From an uncultured Trueperaceae bacterium (GTDB taxonomy: Bacteria > Deinococcota > Deinococci > Deinococcales > Trueperaceae), in assembly GCA_963815215.1 (NCBI GenBank), contig CAWFFU010000009.1, forward strand, positions 90,019-154,018: a DNA stretch of 64,000 bases, read 5' to 3'. Position 1 is the stretch's first letter; each line of letters opens with the position of its first letter. Below are positions 58,418 to 64,000 of the stretch, piece after piece. The position numbers and the translations under genes were made by a program. The notes under the pieces are model-generated. The model worked only from the letters and a program-made list of their open reading frames with translations. It was not told where the DNA came from and made no database searches.

Positions 58418-59026
58418 TCAGCGCGGGTCGGCGCCGTCGCGCCGCGGCGCGAGCGCCACCGCGCGCGTCGGGTCCATGATCAACGCTCGGTAGATGCGCC
58501 CCATCGTCTCCGGCGGATACGGCATGTCGTGCGTCAGCCACCACTCGATGAGCGCCAGGAACGACCGGATGATGTGCTGGGCGGCGATCTCCAGCGGCAC
58601 GATGCTGTCGGGGCGGTCGGTGAAGCTGCTGTCGATGGCCCGGACGCCGACCTCCATGGCGCGGCCGAGCAGGTCGACCGAGCGCTGGCTCGCCAGCAGG
58701 ACCCGGTACAGCGGGGCGTTCGCCTTGGCGTGACGGAACACGGTAGTGCCGGTGCGGGCCGGATCGTCATCGGCCGACACCGGCTCGAGCCGTTCCATCA
58801 GCCCGTCGATGACCTCGTCGAGCAGGTCGCGCAGCAGCGCTTCCTTGTCGGGGTAGTGGCGGAAGAACGTGGCGTAGCCGATGCCGGCGCGGTCCGTGAG
58901 GTCGCGTATGGTCACGGCGTCGTAGCCGCGCTCCAGCGTCAGCTCGATCATCGCCCGCCCCAACCTGCGACGCGTGCGCTGGATGCGCAGGTCCTGCCGG
59001 GGGGCGGCGTCGGTGGGGTTCGCCAT
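58418..59026 (-). CDS. TetR/AcrR family regulator
   Basis: DLRIQRTRR, GYDAVTIRDL..RAGIGYATFFRHY.DK; in-frame GTG at 59032 is an alternative start. Confidence 0.92.
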   Translation of the reverse strand: MANPTDAAPRQDLRIQRTRRRLGRAMIELTLERGYDAVTIRDLTDRAGIGYATFFRHYPDKEALLRDLLDEVIDGLMERLEPVSADDDPARTGTTVFRHAKANAPLYRVLLASQRSVDLLGRAMEVGVRAIDSSFTDRPDSIVPLEIAAQHIIRSFLALIEWWLTHDMPYPPETMGRIYRALIMDPTRAVALAPRRDGADPR

Positions 59027-59169
59027 GGTCACGGCGAGTATAGCTGCGGCCGGCCGAGTGGGGCCTCCGTCGGGCGCAGCGCGCGCGGTCCGTGCACGAC
59101 GCGAAGGGCCCGCCGTTCGGCGACGATTCCCCGACTCTCGTGCCCCTCCGGGCGCTGCGGGCGCGCGGC

Positions 59170-59391
59170 TCACAGGCCGAGCCGCTGCACCTGGACGTAC
59201 ACGCCCTCGTCGTCGACCACCACCTGCTCGCGGAGCGTCTCGTAGCGGCCGAAGTCGACCAGTGCGTTGGCGAAGCCCTGTGCGGAGCGCAGGTCGCGGA
59301 AGGGGCCCACCCGGCAATTGGCTTCGCCCTCCCAGCGATCGGGCGGCAGGACGGGGGTGGCGACGGGGTCGGCGGGTCGGGACGCGATCAT
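59170..59391 (-). CDS. Small hypothetical protein (73 aa)
   Basis: Strong GGAAGGAGG RBS before ATG; coding-like composition. Confidence 0.6.
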   Translation of the reverse strand: MIASRPADPVATPVLPPDRWEGEANCRVGPFRDLRSAQGFANALVDFGRYETLREQVVVDDEGVYVQVQRLGL

Positions 59392-59588
59392 GCGGAGCCT
59401 CCTTCCGCACGCGGGGCGTGCGACGGGTACGCCCCATGCTGCGCCCGCATCGTTGGAGCGGCATGAGGCACGCGTTAGATGTTGGGCGCAGCGGGACGGT
59501 AGGCTGGGCCGATCGCCGGGATCTGCGCCGCGTCGGCTTGGACGCGGCCGCACCGCGGGCCGGTGTCCGGCGCGTGAGGGAGGCTGGC

Positions 59589-60347
59589 ATGGACTTCGAA
59601 GGCAAGGCGGTGCTGGTGACGGGCGGCGCCCGGGGCATCGGGCGCGCCATCGCGCAGGCGTTCGCGGCGCGCGGCGCGCGCGTGGCGATCGGCTACCGCG
59701 ACAACGAGACGGCCGCACGGCAGACGCTGGCCTCGCTGGCGGGCGACGGGCATCTCACGGTGGCCGGCGACCTCTCCGATCCCGACGTCGCTCGGCGCGT
59801 GGTGGAAGACGCCGTCGAGGGGCTGGGCGGGCTCGACGTGCTGGTGAACTGCGCCGGCATCGGCATCCACCATCCGCTCGACGGCGTGGGCTACGACGCC
59901 TGGCAGGAGGCGTGGCGCCGCATCCTGGCCGTGAACCTGCTGGCCCCGGCCAACACCTGCTATCTGGCGGCCCGGCACATGATGGAGCGCGGCGGCGGGC
60001 GCATCGTCAACGTCGGCTCGCGCGGCGCGTTCCGCGGCGAGCCCGACCAGCCCGCCTATGGAGCCAGCAAGGCCGGCCTGCACGCCATGAGCCAGTCGCT
60101 GGCGCAGCACCTCGCGCCGCACGGCATCGCGGTGGGGGTGGTGGCGCCCGGCTTCGTCGAGACCGACATGGCGAAATCGCGCCTGGAGGGGCCGGGCGGC
60201 GAGGCGATCCGCGCGCAGAGCCCGCTGAACCGTGTGGCGCGGCCCGAGGAGGTCGCCTCGGCGGTGCTCTACCTGGCCTCGGACGAGGCGTTCTTCGCGA
60301 CCGGCGCCATCCTCGACGTCAACGGAGCGTCGTACCTGCGCGGCTGA
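59589..60347 (+). CDS. Classical short-chain dehydrogenase/reductase
   Basis: GGGAGG RBS; TGGARGIG, NCAG, YGASK, APGFVET. Confidence 0.92.
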   Translation: MDFEGKAVLVTGGARGIGRAIAQAFAARGARVAIGYRDNETAARQTLASLAGDGHLTVAGDLSDPDVARRVVEDAVEGLGGLDVLVNCAGIGIHHPLDGVGYDAWQEAWRRILAVNLLAPANTCYLAARHMMERGGGRIVNVGSRGAFRGEPDQPAYGASKAGLHAMSQSLAQHLAPHGIAVGVVAPGFVETDMAKSRLEGPGGEAIRAQSPLNRVARPEEVASAVLYLASDEAFFATGAILDVNGASYLRG

Positions 60348-60370
60348 GCGGAGCCCGGTCCCGGACGCCG

Positions 60371-60416
60371 GTGGGGACATTTGGCCCTAAGCCGGGTTCC
60401 GGCCGTTTCCTAACGT
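60371..60416 (+). promoter_or_regulatory. DosR/DevR-like box GTGGGGACATTTGGCCCTAA plus -10 TAACGT upstream of nirK
   Basis: 15/20 match to the mycobacterial Dos-box consensus TTSGGGACTWWAGTCCCSAA, centred about 42 bp upstream of the predicted TSS. Confidence 0.5.
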
Positions 60417-60472
60417 GGACATAGGCATCCGAGTTTATGACGCCGAACGCCCCACTAGGAGGGACCGACAGC

Positions 60473-61600
60473 ATGGCCACACCCGAGTGCCCTACCCCCA
60501 CCGAGCCTGCCTCCCAGGCCCCCCAGCGCCCGACCGGCATGAGCCGCCGCGACCTGCTGCGGCGCAGCGGCCTGCTGGTGGCCGCCGGCGTCGCCGCCTC
60601 CGCGGTACGGGACAATCCCTTGCTGGCCTGGGCTGAGGGCGTCACCGGCGACGAAGCGGCCACGCAGGCCGCCGTGGCCGGACTGCGCCTGGCCGCCGAT
60701 CCCACCGACCTGCCCGCCCCCATCCGCCGCAGCACCCCCAAGCACCACGACATCACCATCACCAGCGACGAGGTCGACGGCGAGATCGAGCCAGGCGTGC
60801 GCTTCAGCTACATGACCTTCGGGGGCCGCATCCCCGGCCCCATGATCCGCGTTCGTCAGGGGGATACGGTCAGCCTCACCCTGAAGCACGGCAAGGGCTT
60901 CCTGCCGCACAACATCGACCTACACGCCGTCTACGGGCCGGGCGGCGGGGCCGGCGCCACGCTGGTGGGGCCGGGCGAGAGCAAGACCGTCACCTTCCAG
61001 ACGAGGTACCCCGGCGCCTTCATCTACCACTGCGCGGTGGCGGGGGTGCTCGACTACCACATCAGTGCCGGCATGTTCGGCATGATCCTGGTGGAGCCGC
61101 CCGAAGGCCTCCCCCCCGTCGACCGCGAGTTCTACCTCGGTCAGCACGAGGTCTACACCACGCTGCCGGCCGGCACCAAGGGCGACCACGCCTTCGACTA
61201 CGACAAGATGGCGGCCGAGGACCCCAGCTACGTCCTCCTCAATGGCGAGAAGTACGCCCTCACCGACGGGGTACGCGGCGCCATGAAGGCCAAGGTCGGT
61301 GAGACGGTGCGCGTCTTCTTCGTCAACGGCGGCCCCAACCTCACCAGCAGCTTCCACCCTATCGGCAACGTCTGGACCAGGGCGTGGCGCGACGGCGCCG
61401 TGCTCGGCGAGCCCGCCCGCTACGTGCAGACGCAGACCGTGGCCCCCGGCAGTTGCGCCGTGCTGGAGATGGAGCTTCCCGTACCGGGCGAGGTGAAGAT
61501 CGTCGACCACGCCCTAAGCCGGGTCGCACGCAAGGGGATGCTGGGCGTCGTCCAGGTCGAGGGGCCGGAACGACCCGACATCTTCCGCGAGGGGGCGTAG
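60473..61600 (+). CDS. nirK: Copper-containing nitrite reductase with Tat signal
   Basis: SRRDLL twin-Arg; PHNIDLHA, YHCA...HISAGM, SSFHPIG, VDHALSR give all T1/T2 Cu ligands and catalytic Asp/His; AGGAGG RBS. Confidence 0.93.
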   Translation: MATPECPTPTEPASQAPQRPTGMSRRDLLRRSGLLVAAGVAASAVRDNPLLAWAEGVTGDEAATQAAVAGLRLAADPTDLPAPIRRSTPKHHDITITSDEVDGEIEPGVRFSYMTFGGRIPGPMIRVRQGDTVSLTLKHGKGFLPHNIDLHAVYGPGGGAGATLVGPGESKTVTFQTRYPGAFIYHCAVAGVLDYHISAGMFGMILVEPPEGLPPVDREFYLGQHEVYTTLPAGTKGDHAFDYDKMAAEDPSYVLLNGEKYALTDGVRGAMKAKVGETVRVFFVNGGPNLTSSFHPIGNVWTRAWRDGAVLGEPARYVQTQTVAPGSCAVLEMELPVPGEVKIVDHALSRVARKGMLGVVQVEGPERPDIFREGA

Positions 61601-61615
61601 CCGGCACGGCGGCCT

Positions 61616-62209
61616 TCAGCCGTCCGCGTCCTCGCGCTTCGAGCGCAGCACCAGCACGGTCACCACTACGCCCGCAAGCAGCGGAAGGCCCACCAGCCAC
61701 AGCAGCCAGCGCACCACCGAGCGCGGTCCCCCGGTCGCCGGCGGGAAGGTGAAGTCGAGCGTGCCGTTGGGCTGCGCGCCGCCCACCTGCAGCGTCACCG
61801 TGGCGCTGATGTCCTCGTTCGGGTAGGTCCGGTCGCGCACCGTGAGATCGTAGCGGCCGGCGGGCGGGGCGGTGAGCTGCGCCCGGTAGGTCCCGTAGGG
61901 CTCCGGGTACTCCCGGAAAGCGAGCTCCGTCGGCGTCGCGTCCGGGCGGTCCGCCGGCGTCAGCGAGCCGACCAGCTTGGCGCCTTCGACCGGAGACTTG
62001 GACAGCGTCGCCAGGTCGACCGTGACGACCAGCGGCGCGCCGGGGCCCGGCGGGTCGGGGTTCGCGGTGACCGCTCCCAGCACCAGCATGCCGTGGCCGG
62101 CGGCCGACGCGGCCGTCAGCAGCAGCGCCAGGGCCAGCAAGGTCGAGGCGAGACGGCGGCCGGCCGGCCGGCGTCGGTCGCGGTGGGGGGAACGGGGGGG
62201 AGAGGTCAC
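61616..62209 (-). CDS. Secreted Ig-like (YtkA/FixH-like) protein with C-terminal TM anchor
   Basis: Signal peptide LLALALLLTAASAAG|HGM; GTYRAQL...GRYDLTV strand pattern; C-terminal TM followed by LRSKR; start uncertain. Confidence 0.6.
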   Translation of the reverse strand: MTSPPRSPHRDRRRPAGRRLASTLLALALLLTAASAAGHGMLVLGAVTANPDPPGPGAPLVVTVDLATLSKSPVEGAKLVGSLTPADRPDATPTELAFREYPEPYGTYRAQLTAPPAGRYDLTVRDRTYPNEDISATVTLQVGGAQPNGTLDFTFPPATGGPRSVVRWLLWLVGLPLLAGVVVTVLVLRSKREDADG

Positions 62210-62365
62210 GTTGCGCTCCGAGCGGGGCGCGGGCCCCGGGTGGCGTGACGATACCGCGTGACGCGCCGTCGTGACCCGCCCGGGGATGCGGTCGTCGTCC
62301 GGCGACTCGGGCGCCCCACCGGGGTAGGGTTCGACGACGCGATGGAGGGTGCTATCCTCCCGCTG

Positions 62366-63883
62366 ATGGCGTTCGGTAGAGGCCCCTTGCAGGCGGCCGG
62401 CGGACGCGACGGTGGCCCCATGGTCGACCAGCCGCGCGGCTTCGATCTGCTCCGCCTGCCCGGGGTGCGCCGGGTGCTGCGCTGGCGCTACGCCCGCTTC
62501 GCCTTCCAACTCCCCCTGCTGCTGCTGGCCGCGGTGGTGATCGTCGACGGCTTCACCGGTTCGCCGATGGCGCCCCGGAACGCCGCCACGACCGGCGTGT
62601 GGATCCACTACCGGGGCCTGGTGGTGCTGGCGCTGGCGCTGTTCGGCAACGCCTTCTGCGCCGCCTGCCCGCTGATGCTGACGCGCGGCGCCACCCGCCG
62701 GCTCGAGCGCTGGCTGCCGCGCAAGCTGCCGTGGCCGCGTGTGCTGAACAACAAGCTGCTGGTGCTGGCGCTGACGCTGGCCCTGCTGTGGAGCTACGAG
62801 GTGTTCGGGCTCTGGTCCAGCCCCCTGCTGACGGCGTGGCTGGCCGTCGGCTACTTCCTGGGCGCGTTGGCGGTCGACACGCTCTTCCCGGCCGGCACCT
62901 TCTGCCGCTACGTGTGCCCCCTGGGGAACTTCAACTTCGTGCTCTCGAGCGTGTCTCCCACGCAGATCGCCGCGGTCGACCCGGACGTCTGCCGCGGCTG
63001 CCACGACAAGCCCTGCCTGTACGGCCGGCCGGCCGCAGGCCGGCCGCTGCCCGCGCGCCCGGCGCTAGCCGTCGGGGGCGTCCCCTTCCCCGGTTGCGAG
63101 TCGAGCCTGATGGTGCCGACCGTCACCTCCAACATGGACTGCACCTACTGCTTCAACTGCGTGCGCGCCTGCCCCTACGACAACGTGGCGTTGCGGCTGC
63201 GCGAGCCCGGGCGCGAGCTGGTCAAGGACCCGTGGGGGACGCGCGGCGGGGTCACGGTGCTGCTGTTCGGGGTGCTCCTCGCCGTGTGGGGGGTGATGAA
63301 CGCACTGGCCATGATCGGCCCCTTCCAGACGCTGGCGGACGCCGCCGGGTCGGTCCTCGGCACGCACCGCCGCTGGGTGCTGATCCTCGTGCTGTACCTC
63401 GTCGCCAGCGTCGTCGGGGTGGCACTGACCGGCGCCTTCGCGCTGCTCGCCGACCTGGCGGGGGGCGCGCCCCCGCGCCCCTGGCGCGCGTTCCGGCGTT
63501 GGGGCTACGTGGCGGTGGCGCTCGGCTTCGGGTTCTGGACCGCCCACTACCTGTTCCACTTCCTCACCGGCGGCGCCGGCGCGGTGCCGGTGGCCGAGCA
63601 CTTCCTGGACCGCTTCGGGGCCGGGCCGGCGCCGAACTGGGGGCTCGATCGGCTGGTGCCGATGCCCTGGCTGTTCCCCATCCAGGCCGTCGTGACCGCC
63701 CTCTACGCCGTCCTCGCCATGGTGACGGCGCTCCGCATCGGCCTGCGCGACTTCGGTCGGCGCGGGGTGGTGGCGATGTGGCCGATGGTGCTGTTCGCGC
63801 TGCTGTTCGCCGCCGTGCAGGTCCTGGTGCTTTCGCAACCCATGCAGATGCGCGGCACCATGATGATGGGCCCCGGCGGCTGA
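62366..63883 (+). CDS. Polytopic membrane 4Fe-4S protein (NapH/CcoG/NosR-like)
   Basis: FCAACP, FCRYVCPLG, CRGCHDKPC, CTYCFNCVRACP; many TMs; alternative ATG at 62420. Confidence 0.82.
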   Translation: MAFGRGPLQAAGGRDGGPMVDQPRGFDLLRLPGVRRVLRWRYARFAFQLPLLLLAAVVIVDGFTGSPMAPRNAATTGVWIHYRGLVVLALALFGNAFCAACPLMLTRGATRRLERWLPRKLPWPRVLNNKLLVLALTLALLWSYEVFGLWSSPLLTAWLAVGYFLGALAVDTLFPAGTFCRYVCPLGNFNFVLSSVSPTQIAAVDPDVCRGCHDKPCLYGRPAAGRPLPARPALAVGGVPFPGCESSLMVPTVTSNMDCTYCFNCVRACPYDNVALRLREPGRELVKDPWGTRGGVTVLLFGVLLAVWGVMNALAMIGPFQTLADAAGSVLGTHRRWVLILVLYLVASVVGVALTGAFALLADLAGGAPPRPWRAFRRWGYVAVALGFGFWTAHYLFHFLTGGAGAVPVAEHFLDRFGAGPAPNWGLDRLVPMPWLFPIQAVVTALYAVLAMVTALRIGLRDFGRRGVVAMWPMVLFALLFAAVQVLVLSQPMQMRGTMMMGPGG

Positions 63884-64000
63884 GCGCGTGGGCGGCGCGC
63901 GGCGCGGTCCCGCCGAGGCGTCGCGTGAGGCGGGCGACCAACGCCGCCCTTCCGGCCCGTAACAATGGGCGCTGAACCACCGAAGCCGCCGTGGCGCGGG

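Noticed and set aside
60418..60442. Weak inverted repeat near nirK as an NsrR or FNR site
   Set aside because: Only about 5/7 arm match; no TTGAT-N4-ATCAA or GATGCAT consensus.
1..64000. tRNA/rRNA genes, transposases, integrases, prophage or anti-phage defence genes
   Set aside because: None recognisable; composition is uniformly GC-rich with no obvious island boundary.

Overview
A very GC-rich, gene-dense bacterial window with about 60 CDS. Solute-binding proteins with 'A-x-A|Q' signal peptides and no lipobox, plus several leaderless-type genes, suggest Deinococcota (Truepera-like); this is inference. No rRNA, tRNA, CRISPR array or mobile element is recognisable. Contents in order: (1) the end of a PEP-utilising enzyme and a DHA2 MFS pump; (2) an M24 peptidase with a peptide ABC importer and an XRE-cupin regulator; (3) an IclR-centred block with an AKR-Rid fusion, a second peptide ABC importer, a stand-alone BPL_N/class-I-GATase-like protein, an M19 dipeptidase and an atypical M28 peptidase, linked by a shared GAAAC-N3-GTTTY palindrome; (4) a GNAT plus ornithine-racemase-like pair; (5) a ROK-regulated GH66/GH15 alpha-1,6-glucan locus; (6) a bactofilin-like/DUF2953/YtfJ trio and a cold-shock gene; (7) a DeoR/SIS/PfkB amino-sugar locus; (8) PAP2 with a two-component system, and a deviant GHMP kinase/nucleotidyltransferase pair; (9) an ABC exporter; (10) a Liv-type importer with a split FluG-like GS/amidohydrolase pair and an M20 peptidase; (11) a Tat-exported copper nitrite reductase (nirK) behind a DosR-like box, followed by two putative copper/electron-transfer accessory genes. 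Three genes carry +1 G insertions in G runs, probably sequencing errors. The best candidates for undescribed systems are the Liv/split-FluG/M20 operon, the IclR regulon and the nirK module. All family assignments are from motif recognition by eye; no searches were run.
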